This document shows, piece after piece, positions 20,140 through 29,318 of a DNA stretch of 64,000 bases (positions are counted from its first letter, which is position 1; the number at the start of each line of letters is the position of its first letter). The DNA lies in assembly GCA_018882735.1 (NCBI GenBank), contig VERH01000002.1, positions 1,608 to 65,607 on the forward strand. The letters are read 5' to 3'. This DNA is from Candidatus Nanopelagicaceae bacterium. Lineage in GTDB: Bacteria > Actinomycetota > Actinomycetes > Nanopelagicales > Nanopelagicaceae. The notes beneath the pieces are model-generated. The model did not search any database. It saw nothing but the letters and a program-made list of their open reading frames with translations, and had not been told where the DNA came from. The position numbers were made by a program, and so were the translations under genes.

Positions 20140-20313
20140 CTAAACCTCTAGAACTTGGCGCTTCTTATAAGTGCCGCAAGTTGGGCAAGCCGTGTGTTGA
20201 AGCTTCGGCTGTTGGCACTGATCGCAAGTAGAAGTTGCTGCGGGAGTTGCCTTCCAAGAACTACGGCGATGGCGAGTGCGTGAGCGAGACATCTTTCGCT
20301 TGGGTAGTGGCAC
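20140..20313 (-). CDS. rpmF: 50S ribosomal protein L32
   Basis: This gene is not in the ORF track because it is 57 aa. My own translation from the GTG at 20311-20313 (AAGGAG upstream) is MPLPKRKMSRSRTRHRRSSWKATPAATSTCDQCQQPKLQHTACPTCGTYKKRQVLEV. Confidence 0.92.
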   Translation of the reverse strand: MPLPKRKMSRSRTRHRRSSWKATPAATSTCDQCQQPKLQHTACPTCGTYKKRQVLEV

Positions 20314-20417
20314 GGCCCTCTCCTTACTTCTCTTACTAGATTATTTCTAGTTACTTATACATCTCGTTGCGAGCGCGTAAGTATCCCCTAGCCCCGGGAT
20401 TTATGACAAATCGAGCC

Positions 20418-20957
20418 CTATTTGGGCTGCCAACCCGCTAGGCCTGACCACCGTGGATCAACCTTCTCGTGAGAGTGACCTGGGGCGAGTTTCTCCATCC
20501 GCTCACCGCACTCACTACAAAGTCCCTGGCAATCTGGCTTACAGAGCGGGTTAAGTGGCATAGCCAAGACGACCGCATCGCGAATCGGAGTTTCTATATC
20601 CGCAAGATCGCCATCCATGGCAAATATCTCGTCATCGTCTTCTTCGGCTTCAGATTTTCTACTTTCATACATAAATAGTTCACGAAACTCTTGATCAACA
20701 TCTTCTCTCAACTCATCTAAACAGCGGCCGCACTCACCTTGGGCCTCGCTTACTACTCGTCCAGATATCAGCACTCCATCAGAAACGGCTTCCGCTTTAA
20801 AATCAATCTTGAGATCTGTCCCCGCTTTTATTGCAAGCATCGGCGTTCCAATGGGCTCAGGGGCTGCAAATTCAAGGTGATAACTCTTCATCTCCCCCGC
20901 CCGACGCGGTAACTCGTGGAGATTTACTTTAAATGGGGATTGGGAATTACTTTTCAT
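20418..20957 (-). CDS. DUF177 (YceD-family) protein
   Basis: The 179-aa ORF has the Cys motifs CGRCLD and CKPDCQGLCSECG, and occupies the classical position upstream of rpmF. Confidence 0.88.
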   Translation of the reverse strand: MKSNSQSPFKVNLHELPRRAGEMKSYHLEFAAPEPIGTPMLAIKAGTDLKIDFKAEAVSDGVLISGRVVSEAQGECGRCLDELREDVDQEFRELFMYESRKSEAEEDDDEIFAMDGDLADIETPIRDAVVLAMPLNPLCKPDCQGLCSECGERMEKLAPGHSHEKVDPRWSGLAGWQPK

Positions 20958-21432
20958 TCGTCCGCTAGTTGAGAGAGAACATCCTTATCACTAGCTCCAG
21001 CCAATCGTTCACGTCCACGGTTTACCGCTTCGAGGGTCTTATTCAAGATAACTTCAAGAGTCGCAAGTCGCGAGTCAATGTATGCATCTACTTCTGCTCG
21101 TTCTTTCTCAACTTGGGCATGCGCCTCATCTACTAAGCGACCGGCTTCCTCTCTAGCGGCAGCCACTATCGCGGTCTGTTCAACCATACGAGCAACTTCC
21201 TCGCGAGCATGCGCAATCAACTTTTCTGCGGATTGACGCCCTTCTTCAATTATCTCCTCGCGGTGCGCCAGCAACTTCTTAGCGCTGGTGAAGTCAGTAG
21301 GAAGGGATTCGTTTATCTCATCAAGGATTCCCAGTAGTTCGCCGCGATGTACGACGCAAGAGGCCGAAAGGGGTACAGCGCGAGACTCCTTGACCATTGT
21401 TATGGCGGCTTGGATTTTCTCTAACGATTCCA

Positions 21433-21433
<1 letters not shown>
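20954..21433 (-). CDS. coiled-coil protein, DivIVA/ATP-synthase-b-like (Rv2927c-type)
   Basis: The 159-aa ORF is Glu/Ala/Arg-rich with heptad character. Its position between coaD and DUF177 is conserved in actinobacteria. The family call is from memory. Confidence 0.6.
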
Positions 21434-21924
<491 letters not shown>

Positions 21925-22491
21925 CTAACACGCCTCGGCATAGTAGATAGTGGCGGAACCATATTTACGCTCCTTCAGCGGAGTGAATCCCTCAGGCCAA
22001 TTGATAGCTTTGCTCTTTGAATCTCTCTCGATTGCGACTACCGAACCCTTTTTTAAGAAACCATTTGCGAAAAGTAATTTAAGGGAATTAACAACTTCCT
22101 CTATACCCAATTCATAGGGCGGATCCATAAAAACTACATCAAACTTAATCTCGCTCGTCTTATCTAGGAATCTGGATACCGCCATCGTAATCACGCTACT
22201 ACTTCCAACTCCTTGGATATTCGCCAACATCTCGTGGTTACTTCTCGCAACACTTGTTGCCTTCTCCTCTTTATCAACTGCTTGCACAAAAGCTGCGCCT
22301 CGAGATAGCGCTTCTGCGCTAACTGCGCCGGAACCACAATAGAGATCTAGAAAGTGAAGATCGGTCATAGAGCCGAATTCAGATTCCAACGTCGAGAAGA
22401 GCGCTTCACGCGCGCGATCAGAAGTAGGTCGAACCGCGCCGGTTGGTGATATTAAATTTCTACCTTTGCCAAGGCCAGCAATGATTCTCAA
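21925..22491 (-). CDS. rsmD: 16S rRNA (guanine966-N2)-methyltransferase RsmD
   Basis: It has (M)RIIAGLGKGRNL, RPTSDRAREALF, DLYCGSGA and the DPPY motif. I start it at the TTG at 22489-22491, just after the recG stop. The track ORF (to 22563) would overlap recG by 59 nt. Confidence 0.88.
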   Translation of the reverse strand: MRIIAGLGKGRNLISPTGAVRPTSDRAREALFSTLESEFGSMTDLHFLDLYCGSGAVSAEALSRGAAFVQAVDKEEKATSVARSNHEMLANIQGVGSSSVITMAVSRFLDKTSEIKFDVVFMDPPYELGIEEVVNSLKLLFANGFLKKGSVVAIERDSKSKAINWPEGFTPLKERKYGSATIYYAEAC

Positions 22492-22504
22492 ATTAGCCCC
22501 GCTC

Positions 22505-24724
22505 TCACTTTTTCTCCAAGTAAGTCGCCCGCTCTTCTTGGCGCAATTTATCAACTTCATCACGTAAGGCGGTATTTGAATTTAGTTCTGGATCACTCTC
22601 TAGTATTTGTTCCGCCACTGTTCGGGCACGCAAAATCACTTCTTCGTCACGGATTACTCGAAGAAGTCGCAGGTGTGATGTGGCCCCGGATTGAGCGCTA
22701 CCCAAGACATCACCCTCTCTGCGCTGCTCGAGATCTAATCGACTTAGTTCAAATCCATCAGTAGTGCTTGCTACCGCTTCTAGCCGAGCCATTGCGGGCG
22801 TGCCACTCGCTGCGTTTGAAACTAACAAGCAGAGACCAGGAACGCTTCCTCTTCCCACTCGGCCACGTAATTGGTGTAGCTGTGAGACGCCAAAGCGATC
22901 CGCATCCATGATCACCATAATCGAAGCGTTAGGAACATCGACTCCGACTTCAATTACGGTCGTAGAAACTAAAACATCAATTTCGCCCGCCGTGAATCGG
23001 CTCATTGTTGATTCCTTCTCCGCGTTACTCATCCGCCCATGCAGAGCGTTAACGCGCGCACCCTTTAGAGCCTCATCTCGTAGTTGGGGAAATAGCTCTT
23101 CAACCGAGTATTTACCTTTTACTTCTTCACTCTCGGCTTCGCCAGATAATCTCCGGGCGATCGCCAATTCTTCGCTAGTTAGCCCAAATCTAGAGAAATC
23201 TGAGTTGTCGGTTGCTGAAATTCGGGGAGCTACAACATAAGCCTGTTGTCCGCGTGCTACCTCTTCAAGAATTCTCTTCCAGGCCCGATCCAAGAACTGT
23301 GGCTTCTCACTTGCCGCAATGACATGAGTTTGTATCGGTGTTCTCCCTAGCGGAAGTTCATCCAAAGTCGAAACATCTAAATCTCCAAAGACAGTCATCG
23401 CAACTGTCCGTGGAATAGGCGTTGCGGTCATAACTAGAACATGTGGTGGGAATTCAGATCTGTTTCTTAAGACATCGCGTTGTTCAACCCCAAAACGGTG
23501 CTGCTCATCGATAACTAATAGTGCAAGATCACCGAACTCAACGCCTTCACTCAAGAGCGCATGGGTGCCTATCAGAATTCCAATCTCGCCACTCTTCGTT
23601 GCTCTTAGCGTCTCACCGCGATCGTTATTCGGCGTTGATCCAGTAAGAAGGGCAATTCGAGTTGAGAACTCTGCTGTTCCTAGCATTCCCTGGAGCGCCA
23701 GGTCTCCTAAGAGTTTCTGAAAGTTCTTGTAATGCTGTTGTGCAAGGACTTCAGTTGGTGCAAGAAGTGCTGCTTGGCCGCCAGCATCAATAATTGCAAG
23801 CATCGCACGGAGCGCCACAATCGTCTTTCCAGAACCAACATCGCCTTGCAAAAGTCGAAACATCGGCGAACTTCCATACAGATCGCCCTCAATCTGGGCA
23901 GATACTCGTTTCTGTCCAGCAGTTAGCTCAAATGGCAACCGGGAATCGAATTTAGAAAGAATCCCCTCTTTGTTGACTCTCTTTCGTAACTTAGTCCGCT
24001 GCTTCTTGATTTCATTCTTCCGGGCAAGGAGAAAGAGTTGCATTGTTAGCGCCTCATCGAAGGTAAGTCGCTCGCGCGCTAAATCAGCTTCCGCTAGCGA
24101 ATTGGGAAGATGCACTTGTTTTATCGCTTCAACCATCGTCGGAAATCCAAGCGCGCTGCGATATTGATCCGGTAGCGGTTCAGCTATGTCGCCTAAGGAA
24201 TCGATTCCTAATCGGACGCATTGCGCAACTTTCCAAGAGGGAAGCTTTTTTGTTGCTGGATAGACCGGTAAGTACTTTCCGGCAAAATCACTTACGGCTT
24301 CTTCTTTATTATCGCCATCAGGAATCAATAAGTAATCCGGATGAGAGAGTTGGCGCTTGCCTTTAAATACTCCGACTTTCCCGGCGAATAAGCCCTCGCG
24401 ACCTTCTCTTAAGTCTTTGGTTCGCCAAGCTTGATTAAAGAATGTCAGGATTAATTTCGCCCTTCCATCCGAGACAATCACTTCAAGGATTCCACCCTTT
24501 CGACCGGGGATCCGCTTGACTGTCACCTTCTCAATCCGCGCCATGATTGTTACTTCTTCTCCCTCAATTAGCGCTTCGATATCTGTTAATTCACCGCGCA
24601 CAACGTATCGACGTGGATAGTGGCGGAGCAGATCTTCTAAGGTCTCAAGGCCCAACTCTTCGGCAATAACTTTCGCGGTTCGGTCGCCAACTACCTTCGC
24701 CAGCTTCACCGCCATATTTGCCAT
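22505..24724 (-). CDS. recG: ATP-dependent DNA helicase RecG
   Basis: The 739-aa ORF has a wedge domain plus the SF2 motifs GDVGSGKT, DEQHRFGV, TATPIPRT and QLRGRVGRG. Confidence 0.96.
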   Translation of the reverse strand: MANMAVKLAKVVGDRTAKVIAEELGLETLEDLLRHYPRRYVVRGELTDIEALIEGEEVTIMARIEKVTVKRIPGRKGGILEVIVSDGRAKLILTFFNQAWRTKDLREGREGLFAGKVGVFKGKRQLSHPDYLLIPDGDNKEEAVSDFAGKYLPVYPATKKLPSWKVAQCVRLGIDSLGDIAEPLPDQYRSALGFPTMVEAIKQVHLPNSLAEADLARERLTFDEALTMQLFLLARKNEIKKQRTKLRKRVNKEGILSKFDSRLPFELTAGQKRVSAQIEGDLYGSSPMFRLLQGDVGSGKTIVALRAMLAIIDAGGQAALLAPTEVLAQQHYKNFQKLLGDLALQGMLGTAEFSTRIALLTGSTPNNDRGETLRATKSGEIGILIGTHALLSEGVEFGDLALLVIDEQHRFGVEQRDVLRNRSEFPPHVLVMTATPIPRTVAMTVFGDLDVSTLDELPLGRTPIQTHVIAASEKPQFLDRAWKRILEEVARGQQAYVVAPRISATDNSDFSRFGLTSEELAIARRLSGEAESEEVKGKYSVEELFPQLRDEALKGARVNALHGRMSNAEKESTMSRFTAGEIDVLVSTTVIEVGVDVPNASIMVIMDADRFGVSQLHQLRGRVGRGSVPGLCLLVSNAASGTPAMARLEAVASTTDGFELSRLDLEQRREGDVLGSAQSGATSHLRLLRVIRDEEVILRARTVAEQILESDPELNSNTALRDEVDKLRQEERATYLEKK

Positions 24725-24857
24725 GCTTCATTCTCCCGAATCACCGCATGAATAGGGCGTATATCTGGGTCAATTGGCGCTTCGGGCGCCTCTACGGCTA
24801 ATCTTGCGCCCGCATTATTGAAGAAATAGAAATTGAACGAACCCAAGGAGTACGACC

Positions 24858-25043
24858 GTGGCATCTGTATGCGATATCTGTGGCAAGGGCCCGAGCTTTG
24901 GCAACAATGTCTCGCACTCAAATCGCCGTACCCGTCGCCGCTGGAATCCAAATATCCAACGCATCCGTACTCTCGTAAACGGTTACACCAAGCGCCAAAA
25001 CGTTTGCACCTCCTGCCTCAAGGCTGGAAAGGTCGCTCGCTAA
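24858..25043 (+). CDS. rpmB: 50S ribosomal protein L28
   Basis: The 61-aa ORF reads (M)[33 protein letters not shown], with a GTG start preceded by AAGGAG. Confidence 0.93.
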   Translation: MASVCDICGKGPSFGNNVSHSNRRTRRRWNPNIQRIRTLVNGYTKRQNVCTSCLKAGKVAR

Positions 25044-25046
25044 CTC

Positions 25047-25952
25047 TTATCTCCAGCTGTGGGCGAATCCCCCGGCCTTAATCTCTTTTCCATCAAGGGT
25101 AACTCCGCGGCCCGAAAGCACTTTCCCTATCTTTGTAAATCCAGCAATTTCCTCACTTGAGGTCCCCAATAGGACATGATCCTCGCCGCCATTTAAGACC
25201 CAATCCAAGAAAAGCTCTCCATCTAATCCCCGTAGCTCGCTCATCCCCAATGCCTCTGAATCTAAGTCAATCTGAACTTTGCTCGCATTCGCTAGATGGC
25301 AAGCATCGGTAATGAGTCCATCACTCACATCAATTGCGCTACTGAGCTTCGAGTAACTATCGCGATATTTCTGGTACTCGATTGTTGGAACCTTATGTTC
25401 CAAAACTGCTTTTCTTTCCAGTTCAGTGCCAACTTCCTTGCCGCTATTTAGAATATAAAGACCAGCTGCGGATAATCCAGGAAGAGCAGATACATAGAGA
25501 GCCTCTCCGACCTTTGCGCCAGATCTAAGTAATGGCTGTGTGGTCTCACCGAGTGCAGTTATTGAAATCGAAAGCTCAGCACCGGTTGAGAGATCACCTC
25601 CGATAACCTGGGCACCAACGAGATCTGCTTCGTGGGCAATCCCCTTGGCTAACTCCAAAACCCCAGAGAGATACTTCTCAGGAAGAACTACCGTCACCAA
25701 TAAGAAGTTAGGCCAGCCGCCCATCGCGCAAATATCGGCAAGGTTCGAAGCTGTGATTTTTCGACCAATTTCAAAGAGCGAGCTCCAACCGACTTTGAAG
25801 TGAACACCCTCAACTGCAACATCAGCGCAGGCGATGACCTGCTTCTCAGAGGTAAAAACTGCCCCATCATCTCCATTAGGCACGACTAAATTGGCTTTAC
25901 CGGTGCGCGCAAAAACCGCTTGGATCTGTTCAAGCAGTTCCGCTTCTTTCAT
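25047..25952 (-). CDS. thiL: thiamine-monophosphate kinase
   Basis: The 301-aa AIR-synthase-like fold has GDDGAVF, DVAVEGVHF, ASNLADICAMGG and DVSDGL. Confidence 0.9.
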   Translation of the reverse strand: MKEAELLEQIQAVFARTGKANLVVPNGDDGAVFTSEKQVIACADVAVEGVHFKVGWSSLFEIGRKITASNLADICAMGGWPNFLLVTVVLPEKYLSGVLELAKGIAHEADLVGAQVIGGDLSTGAELSISITALGETTQPLLRSGAKVGEALYVSALPGLSAAGLYILNSGKEVGTELERKAVLEHKVPTIEYQKYRDSYSKLSSAIDVSDGLITDACHLANASKVQIDLDSEALGMSELRGLDGELFLDWVLNGGEDHVLLGTSSEEIAGFTKIGKVLSGRGVTLDGKEIKAGGFAHSWR

Positions 25953-25997
25953 CTAAACCCCTTCCGCCCGCAAGCCTAGGTGCGCTAGCCTAAAGAA

Positions 25998-26234
25998 ATG
26001 TCGATACAGGCTTACATTCTCATCCAAACAGAAGTCGGAAAAGCTGGCAGCGTCACAAAAGCCATCGCCGGTATCGCTGGAGTCACTATCGCTGAATCTG
26101 TAACTGGCCCCTACGACGTCATCATGCGCGCTGAAGCCGCGAGTATGGAAGAACTCGGAAAGACCGTTCTCAACAAAGTTCAAGCAATTCCGGGAATCAC
26201 CAGAACCCTTACCTGCCCAGTCGCAATCCTTTAA
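25998..26234 (+). CDS. stand-alone Lrp/AsnC ligand-binding (RAM) domain protein
   Basis: The 78-aa ORF reads AYILIQTEVGKAGSV...VTGPYDVIMRAEAASMEELGKTVLNKVQAIPGITRTLT. Confidence 0.8.
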   Translation: MSIQAYILIQTEVGKAGSVTKAIAGIAGVTIAESVTGPYDVIMRAEAASMEELGKTVLNKVQAIPGITRTLTCPVAIL

Positions 26235-26274
26235 TCGCCTTACCTTCACTCTCAGACACGCCCAAAGTCTTCTG

Positions 26275-26303
26275 TTGCATTAATACTACATAGTATTTAT
26301 GCT
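26275..26303 (+). promoter_or_regulatory. sigma70-like promoter (TTGCAT-17 nt-TATGCT) overlapped by a 26-bp near-perfect palindrome (26277-26302)
   Basis: The -35 element TTGCAT is at 26275-26280, the spacer is 17 nt, and the -10 element TATGCT is at 26298-26303. The palindrome is GCATTAATACTA-CA-TAGTATTTATGC, with 11 of 12 arm positions complementary. It lies 48 nt upstream of the ATG at 26351. Confidence 0.5.
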
Positions 26304-26350
26304 ACCGCCCAATGTTTAAGGTCTTCAACTCTCAGTTGGAAAGGTAGCAA

Positions 26351-27214
26351 ATGTCAGAATTTTCAATCATCTTGATAAACCTTGTGGCCATGTTGATTGC
26401 CTACTTTTTTGTCTACCCGAGATACGCGGGCGATGATTTGAAGAAAATTGCCTGGCTAGATGTGGCAATAGGTCTTACGGTTCTGGGAATTCTGGCTCCC
26501 TTTAATTGGAGATCTGAGAACAACTTCACCCTTTTACCAAATTGGGAAGTCCCGTGGTGGATTTTTGCAATCGTTACGTATGCAGTGATTGAGTTACCGT
26601 TCTTCGCTAGTTACTGCTCCCGAAGAAACCTTTGGGGCGCTTACAAAGTGAGCATCCAGGAAAATTTCTCATCTAGCTCGTTCACCGCCACTGCCTCAAC
26701 CAAATCAGTACATAAGCAACTGGCAGATACAAAGTGGGATTGGATGCGTAAGCCAAAGTTCATGCGCAACCTTGTGATTGCTGCAAATACTTGGATCCTT
26801 GGTGGAACAATTTTCTTAATACAAGTTGGAGATAATGTTTGGGCCTCACTTGCAATTATTCACATTGCTATCATCTTTATTTTCTGGTTCATGCTTCGAA
26901 CCTCGGTTCGACTAATTGCCGAGGCTCGCGATGAGGCGTTGGATGAACGAATGATTGCTGAGCGCAATCGCACTTATTTCACGGCGTACCAATTATTTTC
27001 TTCGATTGTTGTGGGCCTTCTAGTTGGACTGATGATCTATGTCGTTACGCAAGACGCAAGCCCTGAAAGCGATGGCTTTAACTATGTGCTGAGTTTTACC
27101 TGGCCACAAGTTCAAGCGCTCTTCTGGTTTATCTGGGGATACGCGTTTATGGCGCCCTCGATGGTGATGGCATGGCGAGAGTCGAAGAAAGCCTTAATCG
27201 CATATGAACATTGA
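26351..27214 (+). CDS. uncharacterised polytopic membrane protein (about 7 predicted TM segments)
   Basis: The 287-aa ORF has hydrophobic helices at roughly 4-23, 33-51, 66-87, 139-157, 161-180, 209-230 and 252-273. It also has a Ser/Thr-rich loop and a charged helix, RLIAEARDEALDERMIAERNR. I do not recognise the family. Confidence 0.7.
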   Translation: MSEFSIILINLVAMLIAYFFVYPRYAGDDLKKIAWLDVAIGLTVLGILAPFNWRSENNFTLLPNWEVPWWIFAIVTYAVIELPFFASYCSRRNLWGAYKVSIQENFSSSSFTATASTKSVHKQLADTKWDWMRKPKFMRNLVIAANTWILGGTIFLIQVGDNVWASLAIIHIAIIFIFWFMLRTSVRLIAEARDEALDERMIAERNRTYFTAYQLFSSIVVGLLVGLMIYVVTQDASPESDGFNYVLSFTWPQVQALFWFIWGYAFMAPSMVMAWRESKKALIAYEH

Positions 27215-27662
27215 AAATTGGGGGCTATTGGGAGTCTTCATCGCAGGTGCAATCCCGTGGATGGAAGCAATTGCAGTTGTTCCCAGCGGAATAGTCCTAG
27301 GCCTAAACCCCTTTGCGACTGTAGTGGCAGCGATCGTTGGAAATGCAATTACGATCTTCCTCTTCGCCTACTTAGGCAGTGCGATTCGTCAAAAAATCAT
27401 CGATAGGCGTGTGGCGAAAGGCAAGAGTGGTGACTCTGCTAAATTTGAGAAGGCATTGAAAGCTTTCGATAAATATGGAATATACGGGATGGCTTTCTTG
27501 GGACCAATCTTGATTGGAACTCAATTTGCCGCTGCAGCGTCAGTAGCTGCAGGAGTTAAGCCATTGCGGGTTTCCTTCCTTATTACAACAAGCATGGCAC
27601 TTTGGGCTTCCTTAATTGGAATTATTGTGGTGGCACTCGATATCAATCTTGAAATTCTATAG
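27204..27662 (+). CDS. small membrane protein resembling the putative small multidrug export family (PF06695-like)
   Basis: The 152-aa ORF reads IPWMEAIAVVPSGIVLGLNPFATVVAAIVGNAITIFLF, which matches the remembered pattern of that family. It overlaps the upstream gene by 11 nt. Confidence 0.5.
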   Translation: MNIENWGLLGVFIAGAIPWMEAIAVVPSGIVLGLNPFATVVAAIVGNAITIFLFAYLGSAIRQKIIDRRVAKGKSGDSAKFEKALKAFDKYGIYGMAFLGPILIGTQFAAAASVAAGVKPLRVSFLITTSMALWASLIGIIVVALDINLEIL

Positions 27663-27670
27663 GAGACTAA

Positions 27671-28834
27671 ATGCAGCGTGACATTACCCCAGATGTATTA
27701 AGAGGCTTTGCTCTCCTTGGAATTCTTATGGTCAATATTCCTTTCATGGCCTTAAGCAGTGATGAGGGCGCTCGGGGTGAATGGGCGCAAGGACTCGCAA
27801 ATGGAAGTGCTACTTGGATGATGGCAGCGATTTTTGCGGGAAAGTTTTATCTCCTATTTTCATTTTTGTTCGGCTACAGCTCTAGCTACATAATCAAGAA
27901 CAATCGCGCCAATCGAGGGCGCTGGATTAAGCGCTGTTTTGCACTTATGGCTTTTGGTGCAATTCATTTCACCTTCTTGTGGCATGGCGACATCATCTTT
28001 CTCTACGGATTATTAGGTCTTTTATTGCTTGCCTTTATGTTTAGAACTGATCGGGTTATTAAAATTTGGACGAGGGTGATTTATTCCGTTTCTGCAGTCT
28101 TGATTACCTTCATTGGATTGTCAGTCTTAATCGGCGAGCGTCTCTTTCCAGAAGAATTTGAAGATGCCTATGTAGAGCCAATGCTAGATGAGGTGCTCCG
28201 CTCGGGGACATTTATTGATTCAATCTCCCCCCGTTTGGAGCTCTGGGCATTTGGCCTCATTTCAGGAGTCTTCCTGCAAGGAGGCATGGCATTTGCTGCA
28301 TTCCTTTTGGGAATGCGTCTCGCTCGTAGCAATTTTCTCTCCGGCCCGTTCGATGAACTTCAGAACTCACGAATGATTAAGCGAGGTCTAATCTTTGGCC
28401 TTCCCATCCAGATGATTGCGGCAACAATCTTGGTGCGAAATGAGCAATCGGGAGATCCTTATGAAGGGGTATACCTCTCATCTATATTTCTTGCATTTCT
28501 TTCCGCGCCACTATTATCAATGGCGTATGTAGGAATTATTAGAAAATTGGCGCATACGAAACCTAGCGCTGTCTCTTGGATGATGCCGGCGGGTCGTATG
28601 TCGTTGACTGTCTATATTTCCCAATCAGTAATAACTTCCTTGATATTTGGCCCTTGGGGACTTGGGCTTTTTCAAGAACTTGAGACCTGGATGGTTTTAA
28701 TTCTCGCGGTAGTTATCTGGCTCTTCCTTGTTTACTTCTCAAGAATTTGGCTAAAGCGATTCGCCCAAGGACCTCTTGAAAAACTCATGCACGCCCTGAC
28801 CTCCAGCAAAGGCACTAAAGCGGTAGAAATCTGA
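27671..28834 (+). CDS. DUF418 (YeiB-like) membrane protein
   Basis: The 387-aa ORF has the N-terminal DVLRGFALLGILMVNIPFM typical of DUF418/YeiB and multiple TM helices. It starts 8 nt after the previous gene. Confidence 0.75.
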   Translation: MQRDITPDVLRGFALLGILMVNIPFMALSSDEGARGEWAQGLANGSATWMMAAIFAGKFYLLFSFLFGYSSSYIIKNNRANRGRWIKRCFALMAFGAIHFTFLWHGDIIFLYGLLGLLLLAFMFRTDRVIKIWTRVIYSVSAVLITFIGLSVLIGERLFPEEFEDAYVEPMLDEVLRSGTFIDSISPRLELWAFGLISGVFLQGGMAFAAFLLGMRLARSNFLSGPFDELQNSRMIKRGLIFGLPIQMIAATILVRNEQSGDPYEGVYLSSIFLAFLSAPLLSMAYVGIIRKLAHTKPSAVSWMMPAGRMSLTVYISQSVITSLIFGPWGLGLFQELETWMVLILAVVIWLFLVYFSRIWLKRFAQGPLEKLMHALTSSKGTKAVEI

Positions 28835-29315
28835 CCATCTTCTGATAGAGCTGGCCCGGCTTACTCCGACTTGGTTGCGGGTCACCGATTTTTGTAAAGC
28901 CGTACCTTGTATAGGCTCGAATTGCAGTTTCATTTTCTGGCCAGACTCCAAGTCCTTGCGAATTCCACCCCTCTTCAACGCAGATCTGATCGAGTTCAGC
29001 GATCATTTTTCCCGTAATGCCGCTGCCCCTAAATCTAGGATCAACCCAGCAGCCCCCGAGCCAACAATCAGTGCCTCGAATTGGCTCTGACTTTTCAACG
29101 GTCATTACGCCGAGGTCTTCGCCTTTGTGACTGTAGATGACCCAGTGGACTTTAGAAATTAATTCCTGCCAATCTTCTTTTGTTTTTAACTTCTCTTTAC
29201 TGTAATCACCTGCAAACCATTGCGGACTCTCTTCTAAGGATCTCAATCGCAAATCGGCAATACGCCGCCATTCTTCGGGGCGCCCACGTTCGGCTTGAAA
29301 TTCAATTTTCATCAA
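28815..29315 (-). CDS. GNAT-family N-acetyltransferase
   Basis: The 166-aa ORF has the acetyl-CoA motif RFRGSGITGKMI and RAYTRYGF. Its 3' end overlaps the convergent DUF418 gene by 20 nt. Confidence 0.8.
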   Translation of the reverse strand: MMKIEFQAERGRPEEWRRIADLRLRSLEESPQWFAGDYSKEKLKTKEDWQELISKVHWVIYSHKGEDLGVMTVEKSEPIRGTDCWLGGCWVDPRFRGSGITGKMIAELDQICVEEGWNSQGLGVWPENETAIRAYTRYGFTKIGDPQPSRSKPGQLYQKMVRFLPL

Positions 29316-29318
29316 ACT

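Noticed and set aside
24776-24790. A GGCGC-TTCGG-GCGCC hairpin in the recG / rpmB divergent spacer.
   Set aside because: The stem is only 5 bp, and it lies between two divergent starts, so it is not a terminator. There is too little evidence to assign a function.
25953-26249. A 98-aa minus-strand ORF overlapping the 78-aa plus-strand ORF.
   Set aside because: The plus-strand product is a recognisable Lrp/AsnC RAM-domain protein. The minus-strand translation has no recognisable features and would leave no spacer after thiL.
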